A stretch of 36,928 nt of DNA, taken from positions 169,988,326 to 170,025,253 of the forward strand of contig NC_068981.1 of the NCBI RefSeq assembly GCF_001194135.2, written 5' to 3'. Made by a program: the position numbers and the translations under genes. Below the pieces are notes generated by a model. That model was not told the DNA's origin, did no database searches, and was given only the letters and a program-made list of their open reading frames with translations. This DNA is from Octopus bimaculoides (taxonomy: Eukaryota). This document shows, piece by piece, positions 1 to 11,149 of the stretch (its first letter is position 1; each line of letters opens with the position of its first letter).

Positions 1-658
1 ATATATATATATATATATATACATATATACATGTGTATGTGTATTCATGTATGGACGCATATATTTAGCTATTAGCATGGTCTAACAGTCTCACTTTCTG
101 TCTGCTTCTCTGTATGCATGCATACATTGCATGTCACTGCTTCTGTTTGCATGTTTTAATCTTTATGTGTCTAACATGCAAAATCTCATCAGCCGTTTCT
201 CTTGGATTAAATTAGACAAGAATGTAGCAGTGTTTTTACAAGTTTGCCTCTGTAAGATATACACGTACACACACAAGCACACACAGAGATATGTTGGTGT
301 GAAAGTGAGAGATAAATTCAAAAATTGGGGTAAATAACTGTATACGTACGCGAGCACGCATGCTCTCACACATACGTATTTGTATATATATATATATGCA
401 TATATATGCAAGTGTGTGAGTCTGTGTGTGTAGATGTGTGTGTTCATCTGTGTATGTACGTCTATATGAATGAGCGTGTTTCTTCTATCTATAACACACA
501 GGTACGCTCGCACACATGACAACATACATATTTTCATAACAACATGAATGCACATATATGTATATATATATATATATATATATACATATATATACATACA
601 TACATATATATATNNNNNNNNNNATATGCATATGTAAATATGTATATATATATATATA

Positions 659-705
<47 letters not shown>

Positions 706-790
706 TTATATGGAGAGACAGAAAATGAAACAAACGAAAGGAAGAGAGCAGGAGAGCGAGCGAGAGAGAGGTTGATAAAATTGAGAAAAA

Positions 791-829
<39 letters not shown>

Positions 830-860
830 GGGAGAGAAAGAGAGCTAGAAAGAAAGAAAA
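1..860. repeat. Compound dinucleotide microsatellites (TA)n, (CA)n, (GA)n around a 10-N gap (614-623)
   Basis: Seen directly, e.g. (CA)n 661-701 and (GA)n ~795-840. Confidence 0.95.
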
Positions 861-1169
861 ATTGCTGAATTAGAAAATTAGTTAATGATGTACATATGTT
901 GCTTAGTTGTGGGCATAGCGAATTGGGTTAATAAATACAACTAGATATATACGCATAAGTTTTAGCCATAGACTCAGGCATAGTCTAAGTTTCAGCGATA
1001 GATAGTATGTGTGTATTACAAAGCAATGTTGTGTTCAGTTAAGCTAACAGCTTTGACTTATCTTTCCTTCAGTATCAAGGAAGCTTATCTTTCAGCACCA
1101 ATTTATATCATTATTATTCGTATTCAATACTTTAACATATTTAACGTATAAAAGTAGCCAGTGTTCTTA

Positions 1170-1395
1170 TTCCTGCAAGATTAGAAATATCCTTACAGTG
1201 TCAGACAATATTACTTTACCGATTTTGTTCTTCTTTACGTTCTGAATTCATCTCCCGCCGAGGTCAGCTTCGCCTTTCATGCTTTTGGGGGATCGGTAAA
1301 AGAAGTAACATTTGAGCATTGGGGTCAATGTAATCGACTTCTCCCTCCTCAAAAAATTGCTGGCCTTGTTCCAAAATTAGACAGAATTATTACTA
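1170..1395 (+). mobile_element. Diverged copy of the main tRNA-derived SINE family
   Basis: TACGTTCTGAATTCATCTCCCGCCGAGGTCAGCTTCGCCTTTCATGCTTTTGGGGGATCGG aligns by eye to the minus-strand core of 4105-4332. Confidence 0.8.
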
Positions 1396-1404
1396 TTGTC
1401 TGTT

Positions 1405-1615
1405 AAGACAGAGCTTTGGCTGTAACGTTGGTGCTTCTGACAAAATGCTTAGTTCCTCTTTAGGTTATGTGCTCAAATATCATCATTTTGGTCCCGATAA
1501 AATAAGTGCCAGTCATACTGGAGTTTATGTAATAATTACCATTTTAGTACCAAAGCCGACGTAATCTACTAGTCTCCCACAAAAAATTTCAGGCTAAAGT
1601 AGAAAGGATTATTAT
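1405..1615 (+). mobile_element. Diverged, internally deleted SINE copy in tandem with the previous one
   Basis: GGCTGTAACGTTGGTGCTTCTGACAAAATGCTTAG head-like segment and GGTCCCGATAAAATAAGTGCCAGT core remnant. Confidence 0.6.
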
Positions 1616-2229
1616 TGTGTAAGAAATCCTCATCTTTTATAATATCTTTCTTGTCTTGAAATATATTCTAATGTTATGATTCTAGCAGCTGTAACTATGG
1701 AATGATATCAAGGACGTAATCAAATTTACAATCGTCATGATCTGTGATATTTTATATAGAACAAAACAAATACATGACTACGAACTAAACGAAAGGCTTC
1801 TAAGTGAATTCTTTTCAGTGGTGATCTAACTTGATTTATTGTATCGCGGTCCCACAGTTCGAAGTTGTTGCCACTGTTGGAGATAACTTCTGTTGTTGTG
1901 AATTACTGAGTATTCGCTCCATTAGGATCTGCCTGAAATAGTGCCTGTCCATATGACACTGTTTCCTTCTATCTGTGTTAAGAAAGCCACGATTAGGCAT
2001 TTAGTTATGTTATGATTATTATTGTAGATTGCAACTCTAGCTTAGCCGAAATATAGCAAAAACAATACCCATGCAAAACTAAATCAAACTTCTTATTTAT
2101 ATGAAATACTTACACAAATGATAGAAAACTAGGGTTGCGTTCTATCGAATTGGATCCATTAATTCGGTTTCTAAAGTCGACTACAGCGAGGTTTCATACA
2201 CATGAATATCGCACATTTACATTTTCTCA

Positions 2230-2530
2230 TTTTAAACCTTGACGAGTCCAACTTCCCTTTCATTTCTGCGAGGTCGACGAAATAAACTAACTCTCAAGTA
2301 ATGGTAACAATATCGTCGATTCTTCTCCCACCCCTACCGATTCTTCTCTCCACCCCTATTAAGTGTTATATGAGACATGGAAGAGCACTGTTGTGGCAGA
2401 AACCGCAATAAGTACTTAATCTCTACCACTAGAATTCAGAAAGCCATAACACTCTATCAGAATCGTTGGAGCATCGGATAAAGTGCCTCACAATATTTGT
2501 TCTGACTCTTTGAGCTTTGACCTCAAATCC
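2230..2530 (+). mobile_element. Old SINE fragments (core remnant ~2230-2340; head remnant ~2445-2530)
   Basis: AACTTCCCTTTTCATTTCTGCGAGGTCGACGAAATAA resembles the family core; AGAATCGTTGGAGCATCGGATAAAGTGCC resembles the head. Confidence 0.5.
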
Positions 2531-3413
2531 CATTGTCATACATTTTGCCTTTCATCTCTTCTGATTAAATTAAAAAGAAAAAAAAAAGACAAAACAAAAC
2601 AAAAATTACAAAGATTATAATTTGTTTGCCTGTTTGTGCTGGCACCCTTTCGCAGTAATTTCGGGTTTCGAGATGACCCACTTGGTTGGCAAATTAATCT
2701 CTCGCCCGTTATGATAACATTATCTGACAGCTTGGGTGCTTTTATCGGAATCCCCTTTGTTGTTAGCATTTGGGTCAGTCCTTCCGTTTAAGGAAGTCCT
2801 TTTAAAAACCTCATGATCATTGGTCTACTTTTTCATGACTAAAGGATAAAAATGATTCTAGAGAAGTAAATAGAATTTATATTCACAATATACTTCTATG
2901 TTGCAAAAGTGGCAAACATTAATATATAATGGTGTTTTGCATAGCTGTTGGCAAACTATTTATAACAAGTAGGGGCTAGTACGTTGTTAAATACCAGATC
3001 AGCAATGATTAAACAGAGCTATGGTCAACGTCTTTGCAATCTTGAATCTTTAGCAGGTCCAGGAGCGATTTATCTTGCCTTGAAAATCCAGCAACAGCAT
3101 TGTTTGAATTCTTGATATAAAGCAAATTAGCAAAGATATTGACACTGTTTCGATATCATATTTCTTTTCACTCGGAGGACATGAATTATCAAACACATGC
3201 CTCAAAACATGTTCGGATTAGAAATAAGAAATGAATAAGAAAATAAAAAAGGAAGAGAAAGAATAATGCTAAAAAATATCGAGAAGGAAAAATTGTGTAA
3301 TAGGTTTTTCAGTAAGAGACGAGAAGCATAGAAAGCACTGCTGTTCTATAGCAAACAACGTCATATCTAAAGGAATAATTAGAAATCCATCAACATGTAT
3401 AATGTACCCTTTG

Positions 3414-3439
3414 CATACATACATACATACATACATACA

Positions 3440-3468
<29 letters not shown>
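3414..3468. repeat. (CATA)n tetranucleotide microsatellite
   Basis: Seen directly. Confidence 0.95.
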
Positions 3469-3472
<4 letters not shown>

Positions 3473-4049
3473 GTATATATATGACAAAGGAAAAACGGAA
3501 GGTACGAGGATTTATTAATCACGACATTTGTTTCGACACATCTAGCAACGATCCCTCATAGGTGAGACACTCCATCAACTGGCTGAGGAGTATCCGGCGG
3601 TGCAGATGTATCTCGTCGGGTGATAGATACCACTCGTTAAAGTAGCTGTTCTGCAATGTAACTTCTTGTTTTGTAGAAAGAAAAGCAGCCAGACAGAAAA
3701 ACAAAAATGTTCAGTCATATAGAAGATCAAACATAAAATAACAGATGGAAAAAAAAAAAAAGGAAAACGAACTCACACTACAGCGAGAAAATTATTAAAA
3801 ATAACCGTTAACAAATTTGGATGTATAAACGCCCTCGGGAAGCTGCATGGCGCGAGTACACTCGCTCATACAAGCATCCGCGAAAATGTGAGCACATGCA
3901 CCCGTGAGGTTTGGTGCACTCATGATTACAAACCGAGTTAACTATCTACTTGTTGTTTGTAAAAATGTGGGGGTTAAAAGTAAACTAAAATCATCCATAC
4001 CCTAAATTAATTATGTTAACGGTTACTCAAAATTCATTCCCACTGCATT

Positions 4050-4640
4050 GTGCGGAAGTACATTTATATGCATGTAAGCATCTCGAGAGTCTTTCAGTAA
4101 TTCTTATTTCTTTATTGCCCACAAGGGGCTAAACATGGAGGGGACAAACAAGGACAGACAAATGGATTAATGCGATTATATCGACCTCAGTGCGTAACTG
4201 GTACTTATTTAATCGACCCCGAAATGATGAAAGGCAAAGTCAACCTCGGCGGAATTTGAACTCAGAACGTAGCGGCAGACGAAATATCGCTAAGCACCTC
4301 GCCTGGCGTGCTAACGTATCTGCCAGCTCGCCGTCTTTCAGTAATTCTATGAATGACCTCGTTAGTCCACAGAATAGACAGAGATTACTCGGAGCATAGA
4401 CAGCATCTCCTCGAAATTATACTGGATGGTTTCTCGTGCCTTACTATGGACCAAGTGATGCTGTACTTCATTTTACCTTTCTTCCGTCGCCATACAAAAT
4501 CTGCCAGTGAATGTCTCTTATTGATTGTCTTAAAACTGGCGACATGGTTAGGATAATAATTCGTAGCATTATTCTGCCTCGGACGACTCACTTATCGGTG
4601 CTAGCAATTTATGTTCAATCCACACGCTACAGTTTTAAAT
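4050..4640 (-). mobile_element. PLE 3' fragment (GIY-YIG endonuclease C-terminal half), split by a SINE
   Basis: Track ORF 4385-4591: YYPNHVASFKTINKRHSLADFVWRRKKGKMKYSITWSIV..SRRCCLCSE resembles the PLE pattern RYxNHxxSF...LSxYIWxLK...IxWxI...RCxLCLxEK. It continues past the SINE as ERLSRCLHAYK (cf. ExxSKCRHxNK). Confidence 0.8.
4105..4332 (-). mobile_element. tRNA-derived SINE (main family in this window), complete copy
   Basis: Minus strand reads GGCGAGCTGGCAGATACGTTAG (A-box-like)...GAGTTCAAATTCC (B-box)...GACTTTGCCTTTCATC..TTTCGGGGTCGATTAAATAAGTACCAG core and an A-rich tail. Perfect 16-bp TSD GTCTTTCAGTAATTCT at 4089-4104 and 4333-4348. Confidence 0.93.
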
Positions 4641-5870
4641 ACAGTACATGGTGGTCATACCTAGAACACATTCCAGATTAGGTTGCTCAGTCATGTCCAA
4701 CAGAGAGATAAGCTGCAGAGGCAAGAACAGAAGAAACAACAAGAACAACAATTTCAAAAATAGCAACGACATCATTAATAATGATAAAAATAACAAAAAT
4801 AATGATAATAAAACGGCATCGTTACGGCAGTTGTGATTTGCATTCTATGGTAACAGATGGCGTGGTTTATTTATATAGGAATATGCTGCCAAAGCTCATA
4901 CTGACACAACGACACTCAATACAAACACGCGCATACGCACAGACACGCGCGCGCGCACCACATTATAATATCAAAGTCAGTAATGCTGAAATCTCACCGA
5001 TTATACACACACACACACGCACACACACACACACACACGCATATGCATATATATATATATATATATAGGCTATAGGTATTTGAGTAAAAAGAAATATAGG
5101 GGGATTAGTTATTATGATTTTGTTCTACATATTCCACTCTCAGATTCACACAAATATTGCAGTAATCTTTTAGGTTCTCTAAACTTTGTAGCAGAACTTG
5201 GAAGGTTGGGTTTCCAACCAGGCCTTTTGCGATACCATTAAAACGAAGAACTTTACAGCACCACCTCGTACATACATAAACATATGCATACAAACATGCA
5301 TACATACATACATGCATACAAACATACATAGGGGCAGAGATATCCTGTTGTTGATATTGAAATTCCAATGAAAGTGTCTTGGATCTAGGTTAGAATCCGG
5401 TTCTGTCTCTATTGGAAAGAAATTTTGAAATGCATGCATGAGCTATATGGATAGATAAATATATATAAATGTGTTTATGAATTTATGAATTTCATTAAAA
5501 CCACGTGTACGCCATTCAAATTCCAGTTGTTGGTACCTTGACTAAGTTTTTATACCTGGTCAATATAAGTTTGACGAATGATGAATTTCTAGAGATAAAG
5601 AAGTTGTAAATATATGTATGATATTGGTAAGATGACATTGGGAAAAAATTCTAGCCCAATGGAAGAATGAAGCAGTGAATGAAGCCCTCCAGCATTGTGA
5701 TCTATAAAGTGATACAATGATACATGTATGTGTGCGCTTTTGTACATTTGTTTGAGTGTGTATGTGTGTGCGCGCGCGTATATGTTGGCAGACATATACA
5801 TGTGCAAAAACGGAGAACTTGTCAGATTTATAGCAAGAATACACACACACACACATACGCACACATTATG

Positions 5871-5920
<50 letters not shown>
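5871..5920. repeat. (TATC)n microsatellite
   Basis: Seen directly. Confidence 0.95.
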
Positions 5921-7519
5921 GCTAGCTATCTTTCTGCCTATCCTTCAGTCTCTCTATATATCTATTTTTGTATGTAAATAAATACATACATTTTTGTATT
6001 TATATATGTATATATACGCGTCTATGGATGTACAGATGAAAACGTCTGTCGGTGTATGTGTACCGAGGTATACATAAATAGATAGAAAGATAGACAGACA
6101 AGCAGACAGACAGATAGATAGATGGATAGATAGATACATAGATAGACAAAAGGATATATTAAATGTGTGGAAGTGTGTGAGAAGGGGAGAGAGATAGAGA
6201 GTGTAAGTGCAGAGAGAAAAACAGAAAAGGAGAAAGGAATGAACATAGCAATGGAGCCAACTTTAGATTTCCTTCAGTAATTTTAAATGTTCTTGAAGAT
6301 GTTTTTTCAACCTGAATAACTAAGTGTGCACATACTCTCATGCAAATAGAGAAAAAAAAATTATGATGCACTCTGTCATAGAGATGCATGTTTAGCTGAT
6401 ACACATGTTCAAAGTTATGCGTCGACAGATTTCAAATCCACGCATATACAGACGCACACGCTTATTTGAGAAGGTACTTCTATAAATGCATCTTGACAGG
6501 TATATTATAAAATTGCAGTTGCCGTATATGTGGATCAATGGAGGTTTTGAACGATTGTTTAATATCAAAATTATCAATAGTAAAGCATCCAGTTAGATTC
6601 ACCAGTACATTTACAGTTCATTCTGCGACTATATATCTGTGTATATATGTGTAATGTCTATGTATGTGCATACATATATACATATATAAAATGATAAGTA
6701 GATACATACATATATATGTGTGTGTATGCATGTGTGTGCATGTATATAGGTATGTAAGCATTTATATATATATGCATATATATTTACATAGCCGTAAACA
6801 CACACGCATTCATTTATACGCGCACGAGTACACACAAGCACACATCACACACATAGATACACATACACATATATGTGAGCTACCTCGTCCGACCTACAAA
6901 CATGCACGACTAATTTCAGAGCTACTAATAAACGTACTTTCTATCAACTACATATTTTCATAGCTGTGGACCTACACACATCCGTATGAAATACCTGCAT
7001 ACAAAAATACGCACGAACGCGCACACACATAGTAATATACAATTATAGACACATATACACGTACACACGCTCAAGTAAGCACGCACGTATATGTATCGAT
7101 CGATACCTCCCTCTCTCCATCTATCTAAATATCTTTTCTTTCATCCATTCATCAATCCATCAATTCATCCATTCATACACTCCACGCCCCCCCACCACTC
7201 ACTTTTAGGAGGGGATATCCCCATGGCACGTGTTCAGAGACGAAGAGCTTGCTTAATTAGATTAAGTCGTAACGTCAGCTTCGTCGTCACGAGATCTAAC
7301 ACTGACAACGTCGATGATGATTGATTTTCCTCCCAACTGTTGGTCGTTCATTATTTTGTTTTCATTCTTTAGCTCTATTTCGAACGGACAAATGACAAGC
7401 GTTCCAGTCGTGAAAAGTCATTTAGTTTCTTTTTAGCCATGGTATATCAAGCCATATATTAATGGTATTTATTATTCCAGCTTTCAGAACGTAAAGTATG
7501 GATTTTAAGAACAGTTTTT

Positions 7520-8060
7520 GCTGTTGTTTCTTGCTTGTTGTTCTACCACTTACAAGACTCGATATTGTTGTTGCTGTTGCCGTCGAAGTTGTTTTCATTT
7601 CTTCGTCTACCATAAGTTTTATAAGCATCATTGCGTCCCCATCACTACCACCATCACCACCATGAGAAAAAAAACTATAATAACAACATCAAGAACAACA
7701 CTAGCAAAATCAACAACCACGACTACAGCTACTACCACATCCACCACCACCACCACCACCACCACCACTACTACCACCACCGCCACCACCGTCAAACCAT
7801 TCTTACTGTTACTGCTAGTGGTGATGACGGTACTACTACTACTACTATTACTACTATTGCTGCTGTTGCTGCTACTACTACTACTACTCCTACTACTACA
7901 TCAAAGCAAACCATCAACTCGCGCTCCAACAACAAAGAAATGGTAACACACACATCAGTATTATCGCAAATGTAGATGCTGCCGCTTCTGCTGCTGTCGC
8001 TTCTGCTGCTGCTTCTTCTGCTGCTGCTGCTGCTGCAGTAGCAACTGCTGATGCTCATTG
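7520..8060. repeat. Trinucleotide mosaic (GTT/CAC/CAA/ACT/GCT)n
   Basis: Seen directly; source of the poly-H, poly-T and poly-L ORFs. Confidence 0.9.
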
Positions 8061-8634
8061 CTCTAACATAGACTAACGTTGCCATGGATATATGTTTTAG
8101 TTTGGGCGATTGCGTGGAATAATATAGGTAGAGCAATCGAGAGGATGCAGTGTTTTGAAATTCAAAAAACTGCTCCGAGCTCAAATAGCCGCTGGGGAAA
8201 AGTGTAGTTTTTCAGATTTCTAAGGATACAATTAAAATAAGTTTGTGGTGATAGATTGAGAAGGGTTTTGAGTTATACACTACTGTCCTAATACACAGCA
8301 GCAGCGGCAGCAGTAGTGTCAATAGTAGTAGTCGTGAAAATACTACAACTTGTACTATTAATAAACAAGCATATATACATATATTAAAGTATGTGTGTCT
8401 ATATTTTCCTATATGTATATATATATATATGTATCTGTGCATGTGTATGTGTATAAAATCCATCTAGCTATTGATCAGTCTGTCTACACACCCACACACT
8501 TGTATGTGAGTGTTTATATANNNNNNNNNNTATATATATATAGATAGATAGATATATAAAGATATTATTATCAATAATAAATAATATAAGTGGTTAGCAA
8601 GCATACAATAATTATATAGGTAAAATTATTAATT

Positions 8635-8926
8635 TATAATCAGGGTACAAGATAGTACACAGCATTGCTAGAAATAAGAGTCAAAACGGCTCCAAAACCA
8701 CATTTATCATTTATACACACTGGTGAATTCGAGGAAACGAATAAATATAAAGCGAACATATCAATAACGATTGAAATCATTGTTATTTTTAATCTTTATT
8801 GGTAAGATGGCTTTATATTTACTCGTTTTCTCGAATTCACCCTTGTGTATAAGTGATAACTGGTTTTTGAGTCGTTTTTACTCTTATTTCTAGCAATGAT
8901 GTATACTATCTTGTTCCCTGATTATA
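8635..8926. mobile_element. Foldback MITE with TA TSD (Tc1/mariner-type, non-autonomous)
   Basis: About 118-bp imperfect inverted arms (8635-8753 vs 8810-8926), e.g. TAATCAGGGTACAAGATAGTACACAGCATTGCTAGAAATAAGAG vs the reverse complement TAATCAGGGAACAAGATAGTATACATCATTGCTAGAAATAAGAG. TA on both outer sides; ~56-bp spacer. Confidence 0.85.
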
Positions 8927-8986
8927 GATATACTTTTATAAAACATTAAACATGCATGTATGTATATATATTATACATACCCGTGT

Positions 8987-9369
8987 GGAGGCGCAATGGC
9001 CCAGTTGTTAGGGCAGCGGACTCGCGGTTTATAGGGTTGCGATTTCGATTCCCAGACCGGGCGTTGTGAATGTTTATTGAGCGAAAACACCTAAAAGCCC
9101 CACGTGGCTCTGGCAGGGGATGGTGGGGAACCATGCTGTACTCTTTCACCACAACTTTCTCTCACTCTTTCTTCCTGTTTCTGTTGTACCTGTATTTCAA
9201 AGGGTCAGCCTTGTCACACTGTGTCACACTGAATATCCCCGAGAACTACGTTAAAGGTACACGTGTCTGTGGAAGGCTCAGCCACTTGCACGTTAATTTC
9301 ACGAGCAGGCTGTTCCGTTGATCGGATCAACTGGAACCCTCGACGTCGTAAGCAACGGAGTGCCAGCAA
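8987..9369 (+). mobile_element. Second tRNA-derived SINE family, complete copy
   Basis: Head GGAGGCGCAATGGCCCAGTTGTTAG (A-box) and GATTTCGATTCCC (B-box-like); tail ...GGAACCCTCGACGTCGTAAGCAACGGAGTGCCAGCAA. 15-bp TSD TATACATACCCGTGT (8972-8986) / TATACATACACGTGT (9370-9384). Confidence 0.9.
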
Positions 9370-9563
9370 TATACATACACGTGTACATCCACACATCTTT
9401 GTTGATGACCGATAGATCTATACTAAAACAAAGAGAGAGAAAGCAGGTGGGATGTAAATAATATTTTCAGCTTTTATAGAAGTAGACTTGAGCCAAAGTT
9501 AGCGTTCGTATTTTATTTTTGAACTTTGAAATTTAGTCCCGCAGACCTAGACCTGTGTATCAA

Positions 9564-9600
<37 letters not shown>

Positions 9601-9644
9601 TCTGTCTTTATTTCTCTCTTTCTCTCTCTCTCTCCTGTTCATCA

Positions 9645-10585
9645 CAAGGAATGCTACAAATACTTTGTCATTCATGCAAAAATCGTACGAAAGTGCTGTG
9701 AATAAAGTTATGGTGGCCGGAGAATATTTTACCAGCCTTAAGTAAATATGGCAGTTGTAACTCTCCTCTTGAGACAATATGCCACAATGTATTTGCAATA
9801 TCAGTGCTGATACAAAAATTAGGGTCCGTTAAGTAATTCCGCTCCATAGACATTAAAACTCGCAAGATCCTGCATCGACTGGAAAGTTCAGCAGAAACAA
9901 TGATATCAACAGACTCAAGCTAAGAAGGTATGAAGGAGGTAGAGACTTGATTTCAGTGTAGACAGGCATTGAATGTCGTACAATGTCTCTCAAACAGCGC
10001 CTGCTAAACTCTGCTGACATAAATATATAAACCTAGTGCTGAAAAGCAAAGAGAACAACATACTACGAGTCGGCAGTGAGGTCCCGGGAAGTACCTCTCC
10101 CTGTTGACCTCCGAATACAACCTCAAAACATCTTGATTAACACACCACAAAGAAGACTTGAGTTTGAAACGCTTAGCATACCGGAAAAAAAACAATATGC
10201 GCAGCTTTCTGGGACGCATGGCCGCCACATTACGCCATATTTCGAAGGCTAAGCGTTTACAATCAAAGAGCGGGAGAATACTGCATAATACCCCGAGATC
10301 AAAATAAACAGTAAAGCATTTAATGCCTCATATGCAGCCGAAAATATCGATTATGCCTCATTTCTGTGGAAGACATCATACATTTGATCAGCAGCTGCCC
10401 CAATATGTCATCAATCTTCTACCGCCCAATGCATCATGACGTCATTAAAACAATATACAATGACATTTGCAAAAAGGAATAAAATACTGTAAAGGGATAA
10501 GTATAGAGAATAGCATTCAGTGTCATTGGATTTATAAAGATTAACGCAAAAAATGATGGTGGTGTATTCCCAAACATTCGTGAGC
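9645..10585 (+). mobile_element. Decayed non-LTR retrotransposon fragment (RT thumb to CCHC knuckle), RLE-type, R4/Dong-like
   Basis: Manual translation: RSIDIKTRKILH (~9840-9875), DINRLKLRRYEGGRDLISV* (9902-9961; family motif DIDRLYxxRxxGGRGL), and YRLCLISVEDIIHLISSCPNMSSIFYRPMHHDV (10345-10443; degenerate CRLC..ETIxHIxSxC..RHD knuckle). Many stops and frameshifts. Boundaries approximate. Confidence 0.82.
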
Positions 10586-10624
10586 AAAGTTTCTTCTGTG
10601 ATTATAGCTGTGGCAAGCTATCAC

Positions 10625-10740
10625 CTTCATTTCAGCATTTTTGTTTTTTATCGACCGTGAAAGGATGAAAATGATTGTTCATCGCAGCGAGAATCGAACT
10701 CACATTGTACCAAATCGTTCCAAAAAAGCAACACATTATA
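10625..10740 (-). mobile_element. SINE fragment
   Basis: TTTTATCGACCGTGAAAGGATGAAA...GCGAGAATCGAACTCA matches the + reading of the minus-strand family core and B-box. Confidence 0.6.
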
Positions 10741-10881
10741 GAAAACAGCCTCATGTTTTGATGGACTCATAATCGCTATCGTAACGTATCGTGTATTTGG
10801 GCACTTTAAACGGGTTGAGGCCATTGCAGCTCAATTCGGGTCGAACACAGCACATTTCTTGCGGGGGGAATAGAGGAAGAT

Positions 10882-10920
<39 letters not shown>

Positions 10921-11098
10921 GAGAAAGAGGAAAAGAGAGAGAAAAACATGAGAGAAAAACATAGGTAGAAACAGAAATACAGAAGGAATCGAACATAGTT
11001 TAAGACTGGTACTTTATTTATCGATCTCCACTCGGATGAATGAATAGCCACTAATAAGCTAAGATGGTGTATGTGATTCAATGTATGTAAGCTTAAAT

Positions 11099-11139
<41 letters not shown>

Positions 11140-11149
11140 ATTTATATAG

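Noticed and set aside
2536-2769. Minus-strand ORF with a superficial Ig-like look (GERLICQPSG...NPKLLRKG)
   Set aside because: It lacks the core Trp and second Cys, and I found no convincing in-frame splice sites.
3845-3935. PLE-associated hammerhead ribozyme near the hairpin GCGAGT-AC-ACTCGC, 3' of the Penelope fragment
   Set aside because: The position is suggestive, but the minus strand reads TGTATGA...GCCA rather than the required CTGANGA...GAAA core. An Infernal search with hammerhead models would settle it.
4105-4332. Functional tRNA genes at the SINE heads (also 8987-9060)
   Set aside because: A- and B-box-like motifs are present, but I see no complete cloverleaf and the heads run into SINE bodies bounded by TSDs.
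7518-8184. His/Thr/Leu-rich ORFs resembling homopolymer-rich transcription factors
   Set aside because: Explained by the trinucleotide mosaic; several overlapping frames are equally open and none has a recognisable domain.
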